Source of the DNA: a virus
Length of the DNA stretch: 64,000 nt
Strand: one strand, 5' to 3'
IMG/VR virus record: IMGVR_UViG_3300033148_005363
Coordinates: 1-64,000 of that record
The notes below the pieces were generated by a model, which saw only the letters and a program-made list of their open reading frames with translations, was not told the DNA's origin and did no database searches. The position numbers were made by a program, and so were the translations under genes. Of this stretch, positions 56,537 to 64,000 are shown piece after piece. Each line of letters opens with the position of its first letter. Position 1 is the first letter of the stretch.

Positions 56537-58500
56537 CAGTCCCCTCCCCCGGCGACGGTCACGCCAACGTCTGCCCCGTCGTCGTCCTCCCAGTCAAGCC
56601 ACATCCCGTCCTCCTCCGAATACTCGGACATCATATCAGCGAGGAGGCCCTGGCTGTACACGTCGATCAGGCAAATCAGGCCCTCGACAAATGCGTCCAT
56701 CACGTCGTCGGTCACGTACAGCGGGAACTCCGTGAGCTCTGAAACCAGGTCCCCACGCTCCTGTGTCGCCTGGTCCCGCTCCGGATCCAGGTGGTCGGCG
56801 AAGATCACGTTCCCGGTCTCAATGTACGGCGACACCTCAAGCAACCGCGTCCCCTTGTCCGCGCTCGGCTTGAATCCGTACACGGGCAACATCGTCACCC
56901 GATCCAGTTCCTGAGCCAGGGCAGCCTGGTACCCGATGGTCTCGATGATAATCCGCCGCGCTCGCCACTTCAGCCAGTCAGCCACCACGCGCTTGAATTG
57001 CTGGAAGAAAGACAGTTTCGCGTGCCCAGCCGACAGCACGAACATCTTCTTCTCGCTGGGTGACCAGCCCTCCACGCACCACGCAAAGTAGTCGCTGCTC
57101 TTCTTCCCCGAAATCGCCAGGTCGTATGCAACGACCAAGTGCAGGTCATCGGGGAACTGCCTGAGCGGTCGGTACTTGATCCAGTGAGGCTGAATGACGA
57201 TCACGTCCCCGCTCAGCGCGATGTTCCTGAACCCGCGGTCGAACTCCACCTTCCCGATCTTCTTCCGCTGCCGGGACAGCGCAGCCCGCGGCCACATCGC
57301 CTCCCAGATCGGATCGAGGTTCTCGTTGATCGCGTACTCGCGAATAGCGTAGATCCTGTCCTTGTTCCGCAGGAGATCGTGGGTCAGGTCGTCTTTGTGC
57401 CACTTCGTCGCGATGTACCACGTCCGCCCCCCGGGGAGGAGGAGGTTAGAGAAATCGCCCTTGAACGACATCTTCACGTTCTCGCGCTGCTTCGGTTGCA
57501 GGATCGCGTTCCGCCGGTCCACCACGTCGTCGCAGATGTTCAGGTCAGACCGTCCGCCCGTCGCAGTCGACAGGATCCCCAGCGCGTGCACCGACGCATC
57601 GCGGGCCACGATGGTACGGCGCACGTACATCTTGTGCTTCGACCACTCGCCCTTTCCCGCCGGCAGCAAGTTCGGGAACACGAACTTCAGCCGCGGGTTT
57701 TCCTCAATATGCCTCTGGACCTCGTACAGACGCTCTTTCGCCTTGTCATCCGATTGGCAGACGATCTTGATACGCAGGTTCTGATTGTTGCCCAACTCCC
57801 AGAGCACCCGGCCCACGAGGATCGTCGTGTTGTGGGTGACGATCCCGCCGGTCACATGCGAGTGCAACCCCGGGACCTCGATCCCGAACGTCTGCCGCAG
57901 ACCAACAGGCGTCACGGACACCAGTTCATCCCACCCATGCCGCCCGTCGTCTTCCAGGACGCACACCGGATTCCCGGGGCAAAGTCTTCCAGCGTACACC
58001 CATTCGGCCCGCGTCCACACAGGGTGGTCCGTCGTCACCGTCAGCCGCCGGCCAGCGCCGGTCTCCAGTTCCACGCACTCCTGCACTCCCGAGTCGAATA
58101 CAGCGGAGCACGCCGCCGGCTTGAACTTCAACCCCCCATCGTCCCAGGCCAGCACCTCGTCCGGCTCCGTGATCTCCTCCACTGGCAAGCGGCGACCATC
58201 CGCCATCTGCACAGGCGTCCCGGCGACCATGCATTTTCCATGACCCCTTGGCGCTATGATTATGCAGTCCAGATGCTCACTCAGCAGGTCCAACCACTCC
58301 CGGTGGAACCACGCCAGCTTCAGCGGTTCACCGGTCTCGGTCTCGATCACGTATTCGATGAAAAGTTGAGGGTCCCGCCGCAATCGCCGCCTGAACAACT
58401 CGCGCCTGGCCAGGAACCGAAGGAACGCCAGCCGCACCATCTTCTGCCGGGGCGTCAGTGGCTCGTAGCGGGCCTCCGCAGTGGGGTCCGGGGTAGGCAC
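56533..58500 (-). CDS. terL: Terminase large subunit (intein-containing)
   Basis: APRGHGK|TT Walker A, TGGRSD..DD, TKWHKDDL, YDLA, DDVMDA. Confidence 0.92.
   Translation of the reverse strand: MPTPDPTAEARYEPLTPRQKMVRLAFLRFLARRELFRRRLRRDPQLFIEYVIETETGEPLKLAWFHREWLDLLSEHLDCIIIAPRGHGKCMVAGTPVQMADGRRLPVEEITEPDEVLAWDDGGLKFKPAACSAVFDSGVQECVELETGAGRRLTVTTDHPVWTRAEWVYAGRLCPGNPVCVLEDDGRHGWDELVSVTPVGLRQTFGIEVPGLHSHVTGGIVTHNTTILVGRVLWELGNNQNLRIKIVCQSDDKAKERLYEVQRHIEENPRLKFVFPNLLPAGKGEWSKHKMYVRRTIVARDASVHALGILSTATGGRSDLNICDDVVDRRNAILQPKQRENVKMSFKGDFSNLLLPGGRTWYIATKWHKDDLTHDLLRNKDRIYAIREYAINENLDPIWEAMWPRAALSRQRKKIGKVEFDRGFRNIALSGDVIVIQPHWIKYRPLRQFPDDLHLVVAYDLAISGKKSSDYFAWCVEGWSPSEKKMFVLSAGHAKLSFFQQFKRVVADWLKWRARRIIIETIGYQAALAQELDRVTMLPVYGFKPSADKGTRLLEVSPYIETGNVIFADHLDPERDQATQERGDLVSELTEFPLYVTDDVMDAFVEGLICLIDVYSQGLLADMMSEYSEEDGMWLDWEDDDGADVGVTVAGGGDW
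57829..58233 (-). mobile_element. 135-aa mini-intein in TerL Walker A
   Basis: Begins CMVAGT..MADG, block B TTDHPV, ends IVTHN followed by Thr; too short for a homing endonuclease. Confidence 0.9.
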
Positions 58501-58501
58501 A

Positions 58502-60439
58502 TCAGTCCTCGGCCCCGTCGTCGTCGTCGGGTGTGGCCACCATGCGCACCATCTCAGCCCACGGGATCTCTAGCCGAACGACATCCTCACCGCCCGCCGC
58601 GTTCCGAAGGGCCTCAGCGCCGTCCAGCCCGTCTGCCAGCGCATTCCGCAGTGCCACCACGCGGTTCACCGCCTCGTTCAGCCGCCCTGGATCGACTCCC
58701 CGCGTCGCCTGGGTGCCCTGGACGCCCGCGCCCTCAGCGGCCCCGTCGCCGTCCGGCGCAATGCCTGCCAACGTGAAGAGCATGGGCTGCTTCGTCCACG
58801 CCTTGTGGATCTCCGGCAACTCAGCATTCAGGATGTCCGCCGCCTGCTCCCGCACCTCCCCAGGTACCAGGCCACCGGCCTTCGCCAGGATGTCAACGAT
58901 CTTCGCCTGGGTCTCGGGGTCCCTGGTAATGGGTGACCTGCTCCGCGTCCGAACCAGCCGGTACCCGCGGTCACGGCAGAAGGTATCGAACTCATCGTCC
59001 CACGCCTCACGCAGCGGGCCAGCCACCATGTTCTCAAACATCGTCAAGGCGGACATCGCGGTCGCGCGATTGTAGTCCCCGCCCGCTGCCCGCAGGATGC
59101 GCGGCACCCGCATGGTCTCCGCCGCCTTGTCCCGGTTCTCCTGATCGTACTTGATGAACGCCGCCTCGTCCGGCTGGAACAACCGCTCCAGTACGATCTC
59201 CACCTTCCCCGTGCTCCCGGCGTTCACACCCCCCTTGCTCTTGGGCGGCAGGGCCTCGATGACCAGCATCTTATGCCGGCCCTTCCGGCCCTTGAGCCCC
59301 TTGAAGTGCTCGGCGATGACATCCGCCGCCCCGCTCTTCAGTTTCCCGCCGTTCACCAGCACCACATACGGCGGGATCCCCGACTCCGAGAAGTGCAGGA
59401 GGTTCGTGTCCTCCATCGCCGTGCTACCCATCACGGACCGCAGCCCGCCGAACCAGAGCGGGAACCCCCACACGCTCCGCGAATCCGGGATCACAAAGTG
59501 GTAGATCTCCGTTGCCTCATGATCCGTCTCCTCGTCCCTGCCCAACTCCCGAAGGTGCGACTCCCACGCCTCCCTGTCCTCGAAGTACTTCCCCGTCGCC
59601 CTCGACATGATCCGCGGGTCACCGTACTCCCTGAACCAGATCTCCCGACCGCTCTCCAGCACCTGCGCCCACCGACGGAACCGACGCCACACCCCACGCG
59701 TCTCGATCCGCAGGCCCACCCGGATCTTCTCCTGGACCTCCACCGCCTGCTCATCCTGCTTCGTGGGCCGCAAACGCAGCATCGATACCCACTGGAACCG
59801 CGCCGGCCCCCCCGCACCTTCCTCATCACCAGCGTCGCGCATGACCTCCACAGCCGCATTGCCCAGACCCACCCACTCGTCACGGATCCGGCTCCGCAGG
59901 TAAACGAGGGACCGCCCCTTGTCCACGCAGTTCCGCATCCACACCCGGCAGCTCGCTGTCTCAAACCGCAGGCGCGCCATGTAAGCGGTCTTCGCCGTCT
60001 CCAGGTCATCGCCCTCCGGGTACACCGGCGCATCCTTGAGCTCGCCCTGCTCGTACAGCCACACCCGATCCTCGAAAACGAGATCCGCCAGCTTCTCCTC
60101 GAAATCCTCGGCATCCGGCGACAGGACCGGCACCACCGCCGCACCGAACGCGTCCACCGTTGAGAAGTAGGCGGCCATGCACTGACGAAGCACATTCGAA
60201 TTCACGTACACGACCCACAGGCCGTCCATGGGCATCGGAGGCGCGACGAACCCACGCTCCGCCCACGTATCCTCCCCCAGGGCCTCGGCGCCCCACATCT
60301 GCGTGTCCTCCACGCCCACGCTCAGCGCCTTCATCACCTGCAACGGGGTGCCGCCATCCAGCCAGCTATCGCCGGTCTCAACGGTCTCAACGTCGCTCCC
60401 GCCCCGCATCGACTCCGCCTTCGACTTCCGCTCACTCAT
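58502..60439 (-). CDS. Portal protein (PBSX-like)
   Basis: LGNAAVEVMRD, FREYGDPR, WGFPLW, DYNRATA. Confidence 0.88.
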   Translation of the reverse strand: MSERKSKAESMRGGSDVETVETGDSWLDGGTPLQVMKALSVGVEDTQMWGAEALGEDTWAERGFVAPPMPMDGLWVVYVNSNVLRQCMAAYFSTVDAFGAAVVPVLSPDAEDFEEKLADLVFEDRVWLYEQGELKDAPVYPEGDDLETAKTAYMARLRFETASCRVWMRNCVDKGRSLVYLRSRIRDEWVGLGNAAVEVMRDAGDEEGAGGPARFQWVSMLRLRPTKQDEQAVEVQEKIRVGLRIETRGVWRRFRRWAQVLESGREIWFREYGDPRIMSRATGKYFEDREAWESHLRELGRDEETDHEATEIYHFVIPDSRSVWGFPLWFGGLRSVMGSTAMEDTNLLHFSESGIPPYVVLVNGGKLKSGAADVIAEHFKGLKGRKGRHKMLVIEALPPKSKGGVNAGSTGKVEIVLERLFQPDEAAFIKYDQENRDKAAETMRVPRILRAAGGDYNRATAMSALTMFENMVAGPLREAWDDEFDTFCRDRGYRLVRTRSRSPITRDPETQAKIVDILAKAGGLVPGEVREQAADILNAELPEIHKAWTKQPMLFTLAGIAPDGDGAAEGAGVQGTQATRGVDPGRLNEAVNRVVALRNALADGLDGAEALRNAAGGEDVVRLEIPWAEMVRMVATPDDDDGAED

Positions 60440-60557
60440 CGCAACCCCCGCGCTCAGCGTCCGCGCACCGTCCCGACAATACCAGGGCGCACCACCCCAA
60501 CACCGCCAGCACGCCGCCGCCCACCAAGACCATCGCTACTTCGATTGGAATGCTCAC
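60432..60557 (-). CDS. 41-aa single-TM peptide (MSIPIEVAMVLVGGGVLAVLGWCALVLSG...), not in the ORF track
   Basis: GTG after GAGG; stop overlaps the portal start. Confidence 0.45.
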   Translation of the reverse strand: MSIPIEVAMVLVGGGVLAVLGWCALVLSGRCADAERGGCDE

Positions 60558-60580
60558 CGCTCAACCTCGAGACCGACCAA

Positions 60581-60913
60581 CTACCGTGCCACCATCCACC
60601 CGTACAGCGTCACCGTACACGGGTTCGTCACCGGATCAGCCGGCACGCCGCCCGCATTCGTCACCACCCGGACGTGCGTACACACCAAAGGCCACCCGTT
60701 GCCGTCCGCCAGCAACGTCTCCCCCGCAGCAGTCACACCCGCAGCGAAGTCCACCCACGTCACGCCCTCGTCATAAGACACCTGCAAATCGATGTCCCAG
60801 TCCGCACCCGTCGGACGGGTCACCAACTGCTTCTCGCGCAGATGCTTCACGCTCTTGCTCGCACCCTCGGTACCAGCCACCACCGGAACGTCCAACACGT
60901 GGTCCCTCAACAT
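60581..60913 (-). CDS. Hypothetical beta-rich protein
   Basis: GGAGGT RBS; LQVSYDEGVTW motif. Confidence 0.6.
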   Translation of the reverse strand: MLRDHVLDVPVVAGTEGASKSVKHLREKQLVTRPTGADWDIDLQVSYDEGVTWVDFAAGVTAAGETLLADGNGWPLVCTHVRVVTNAGGVPADPVTNPCTVTLYGWMVAR

Positions 60914-61040
60914 TGCACACCTCCATCATTCATTCACTACCGCGCACTACACTACCACCGCCAGGGAGGCACGCGCAAGAGACGAGCGTGGAGAGGACGC
61001 GGAGGGACTGCGACGACGGACGATCATGCACGGGGAAAAG

Positions 61041-61114
61041 TCGGGGTGGCCGGATTCGAACCGACGACGTCCTGGCCCCGAACCAGGCGCGCTACCAGAC
61101 TGCGCTACACCCCG
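61041..61114 (-). tRNA. tRNA-Pro (CGG)
   Basis: Cloverleaf: CGGGGTG acceptor, CCTGG-TTCGGGG-CCAGG anticodon arm, GGTTCGAATCC; no encoded CCA. Confidence 0.93.
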
Positions 61115-61118
61115 AAAG

Positions 61119-61190
61119 CAAGCCGACCGGGAATCGAACCCAGGATCTGCGGTTTTGGAGACCGCTGTTCTACCACTGAACTATCGGCCC
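61119..61190 (-). tRNA. tRNA-Trp (CCA)
   Basis: GCGGT-CTCCAAA-ACCGC anticodon arm, GGTTCGATTCC; two G-U pairs in the acceptor stem. Confidence 0.9.
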
Positions 61191-61206
61191 AGACAAACAC
61201 ACCCAG

Positions 61207-61279
61207 AGCACCGGGAGGGGATCGAACCCACTGCCTGCTGATTACGAAACAGCCGCTCTGCCAAGTGAGCTACCGGTGC
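61207..61279 (-). tRNA. tRNA-Thr (CGT)
   Basis: GCACCGG/CCGGTGC acceptor, loop TTCGTAA, GGTTCGATCCC. Confidence 0.9.
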
Positions 61280-61401
61280 CTAATTTTCCGATTGAGTCGA
61301 AATCAGGTTGTCACAGAACAGACCGAACGCCAGGCCATGTGCCTGGCACCATCGGTGTCGTGTGACGGGGGGGAGTGTGGTTTGTGACCTTCATGGCCCG
61401 C

Positions 61402-61431
61402 AGTGTAGACCGGGGAGAGGGACGGTGTCAA
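61402..61431 (-). promoter_or_regulatory. Sigma70-type promoter upstream of the tRNA cluster
   Basis: TTGACA-N18-TACACT. Confidence 0.65.
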
Positions 61432-61525
61432 GGGGGAAAGGGGGGGTAGTGCCCCTCCAGACGTAGCGAAGCCCGGGACAAATCTTGGCAGATCCCCGGA
61501 CTCGCTAAAGGATTCTCACATGCGC

Positions 61526-61554
61526 AATCTAGCGTGGTCCGCGTGGTGTGTCAA
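61526..61554 (-). promoter_or_regulatory. Second sigma70-type promoter upstream of the tRNA cluster
   Basis: TTGACA-N17-TAGATT. Confidence 0.65.
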
Positions 61555-62006
61555 CCCTCAGTTGCGAGAGGACGCGGACGGGGTTCACGGACGGGAGGTC
61601 TACACGAAGAAAAGGGAGAGGCGCAGGAAAGAGGAAGGTCGGAGAGGAGAGGGGGCGCGGGACGAAGAGGGGGGCCGGAGGACGGGGAGAGGGACACAGA
61701 CGGCTGGGAGGGGCGCGCAGGAGGTGGGCGCAGACGGGGTGCGCGAGGTTTGCGATTTTTTCGGGAGGCTCGGAGGTGGGGGGGCTATGCCTGTCCGGCC
61801 CCCCATTTGCCCGGTTTTTTGACCCCCCGGCCCCCTCCCGGGCTGCCCCGATGTATCACTATTCGTACCCTTGAACCGGCCCCTCCCTGTCCCCATTGAG
61901 AGGGGTGGGGACACTTCAAAACGCTGAAGTCTGCGACGGAGCCAGCGCCGGGGACAGCGGGGGTACACTGGTTGACGCGGCGGGTAGGACCACCCCCCGG
62001 ACAAAT

Positions 62007-62837
62007 TCAAGCAGACCCCCCGGGTGCATCGTTAAGGACGCCCGCTGCGAGCCGGTCCAGGTCCAGGGGATCACCGCTGCCCACAGGGGCCGCCTGTGTC
62101 ACAGGGGCCGAACTGGGCTGCGACGGCAGGGGTTCCGAGGTAGAGGCAAGGAGGTCCGGCAGGTCCGGCATGGGGGGCGGCGCAACACCCTTCGGTGCAT
62201 CGTCGCCAGACGGAGGCACGTATCCCCCGCTGTCAGGGTCGGTCTCGGGGCGGTATCCGGGGGCGAAGTACGAGAACAGCTCAGCGGGGATCTCCCCCTC
62301 TGTGGCCAGGGCCTCAAGGTCCGCATCATCCAGGCCAGCGATCTGATCCTCGAGGGATCCACCGCCTGCCACCCCCGCGTCAATCGCCGACTGGAGTAGG
62401 GCGTGCTCCCGGGTCAGCACCCTGTCGAGCTCGTTGGAGATCCGCATGAGCTCCGCATTGGAGATGTCGGGATCCATCGCAGCATCCCGGAGCCTGCCCT
62501 TGATCTTGCGGACGAGGCCCAGGTTCTCTCCCAGGACCGTGGCAGGGTCATTGCTCTCCCGTCGCTGGGCTTCCTGGACCACCCGCGCAAAGCGGTCACG
62601 GATCGCCTCGAAGCCCCGCTCAGGCCATCCCTCGTCTACCGCCTTTTTCGCAGTACTATAAGCTATCCCAAGTGTCTCAGAAAGCCGAGAGATAGACGGA
62701 TTTCGGACGTAAGCTTTAAACATCCTCTCATAGAGTTCCCTTGTTATAGACTTCCCCTTTCGCGCGGGCGATCCTGGAAATCGAGCCTTCCTCCCCCTCG
62801 CGCGCTCCTGCGCTGTAGTCTTATCTTCAGGCTTCAT
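62007..62837 (-). CDS. Putative terminase small subunit (N-terminal HTH)
   Basis: SISRLSETLGIAYSTAKK..GW HTH; LDDADLEALA; first gene of the packaging module. Confidence 0.6.
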   Translation of the reverse strand: MKPEDKTTAQERARGRKARFPGSPARKGKSITRELYERMFKAYVRNPSISRLSETLGIAYSTAKKAVDEGWPERGFEAIRDRFARVVQEAQRRESNDPATVLGENLGLVRKIKGRLRDAAMDPDISNAELMRISNELDRVLTREHALLQSAIDAGVAGGGSLEDQIAGLDDADLEALATEGEIPAELFSYFAPGYRPETDPDSGGYVPPSGDDAPKGVAPPPMPDLPDLLASTSEPLPSQPSSAPVTQAAPVGSGDPLDLDRLAAGVLNDAPGGSA

Positions 62838-62883
62838 GGGTGTTGCCCTCCCCTTGTTCCGTGGTGTTCTTCCCGCGCGTTCC

Positions 62884-63047
62884 CGTCGCTCCGCTCCGCT
62901 CTACCCCTTGCTTCTTCGCTGTCCTCTCCGCGCGTTGCCCTCGCTCCGCTCTTCACGTTCCTCGCGCTGCCCTCCCCTTGCTCCTCGCTGCCCTTCGTTC
63001 TCCTTCCCATCGCTCCGCTCTTCAACCCTTTGCTCCTCGCTGTCCTC
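62884..63047. repeat. Degenerate pyrimidine-rich repeats
   Basis: CGCTCCGCTCT at 62892, 62942, 63011; TTGCT(T)C(C/T)TCGCTG variants near 62907, 62977, 63029. Confidence 0.55.
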
Positions 63048-63530
63048 CATCGGTTCCTCTTGCCGCTCCCTGTGTCCGTCTCCTCCGGGGTCCTACACCT
63101 CCGCAGTTGACCTGTCCCGCGCGTTCCTCCCCGTACCCCATGCAGTGGGACGGGGTTTCGCGTCCGGTTGATCGGAAGTCCGCAGTAGTCGTTCGTTCCC
63201 AGCGCCTTGCTTCCTTGCCGCCTGGCTCCCTTGCTTCTGGTTCGCGGGGCCTCACCCATCGCTTCGGTCCCCGGTCGTCTGTGGTCGCTTCGTTGCAGGT
63301 CGCTCACTGCTTAGCCTCTTGCCTTTGCTCTTCCCGTCGTAGTCCCTTCGTTCCGCTGTGCTCCACTTGGGCCGTCCTCCGTAAGTCTGTCCTTTAACCG
63401 CTACTTAGTCAAGCCGCGGGCGGGCGGGGCTGCGCGCGTGTTTTACGGCGCGTGCGTGGGCGCGTTGGCGCTCAGTAACGCGCGTGCGTGCGGGGGTGGA
63501 TTCGCGGTGCGTCATGGGTGCGTCATTTTG

Positions 63531-63807
63531 GGTGGGGTCCGCGCGGGATGGGTGGTCCACTATGTCTGTGTCCGCGCGGGATGCAGTGGGGTTTCGCGCG
63601 CTGGTTGGGAGGTGGGGTCCGCGCGGTTCTGTGTCTTGTGTTCTGTGTCCTGTAGCCGTTCACCTAGAATGTGTTCTGTGTGGGGTGGGGTTCTCCGGGG
63701 GTCCTCGCGTACGCGTATGGCGCGCGCCCTCGCGTGCACAGGCGCGTTTGTGTTTAAGTTTACTTAACCACAGGACACAGAAGTTAACTACAGGACTTAA
63801 CCACAAG
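63531..63807. repeat. Short direct and inverted repeats in the non-coding control region
   Basis: GTCCGCGCGG x3 (63537, 63570, 63617); TTAAC(C/T)ACA x3; TTCTGTGTCCTGT (63641) inverted at 63770-63782. Confidence 0.55.
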
Positions 63808-63961
63808 TTTAGAGTCTACGCGTCGGCGCGACGCGTGCAGGGCTGCGCGCGGAACATGCGCCGACGGATGCGCGGGGGCATGTCACGCGTACGCGAGGGC
63901 CGGGGCGTGGATTGGGAGGGGTAGACGTGGTGGGCGGTGGCTGAGCAGTGCGGGTGGGGAC

Positions 63962-63996
63962 TCGTCGAATGGCTCGACGAATAAAAGGGCTTGACA
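63962..63996 (+). promoter_or_regulatory. Operator-like dyad plus -35 box of a rightward promoter running out of the window
   Basis: TCGTCGA-ATGGC-TCGACGAAT-N8-TTGACA. Confidence 0.55.
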
Positions 63997-64000
63997 GGGG

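Larger units (their letters stand above)
1..64000. mobile_element. Contractile-tailed phage/prophage genome segment (no boundary or host genes visible)
   Basis: Continuous co-oriented head, tail, baseplate, lysis and replication modules; no housekeeping genes or integrase seen. Confidence 0.95.

Noticed and set aside
61041-61279. tRNA as a prophage attachment site
   Set aside because: Phage genes lie on both sides; no duplicated tRNA 3' end or integrase seen in the window
62884-63047. Repeats as a degenerate CRISPR array
   Set aside because: Units are about 11-15 bp, low complexity, irregularly spaced and lack distinct spacers
62834-63307. 157-aa ORF upstream of TerS
   Set aside because: Arg/Gly-rich translation of a low-complexity purine tract; not supported as a gene, though it overlaps the TerS start and cannot be fully excluded

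Overview
This 64 kb window is part of a high-GC tailed phage or prophage genome with a contractile (myovirus-type) tail. Almost every gene is on the minus strand. From right to left it holds: a non-coding control or packaging region; a TerS-like gene; three tRNAs (Thr-CGT, Trp-CCA, Pro-CGG); portal; TerL with a mini-intein; MuF; a Dam-like methylase fused to an XkdF-type head protease; scaffold, capsid, neck, sheath, tube, tape measure, baseplate and fibre genes; and holin-like membrane genes. Next comes a replication/recombination arm (Cas4/RecB-like, SbcD/SbcC, initiator, primase-helicase, RecD2, two methylases, RuvC), then endolysin and a transglycosylase. An HTH-led operon ends in an array-less type IV-B CRISPR-Cas-like effector module: an apparent Cas11-Csf2 fusion, Csf1, a CysH-like protein and Csf3. 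I saw no CRISPR array, cas1, cas2, cas6 or integrase. All calls come from motif recognition by eye, with no database searches. A Myxococcota/deltaproteobacterial affinity is only an impression from recalled similarity of the structural proteins.
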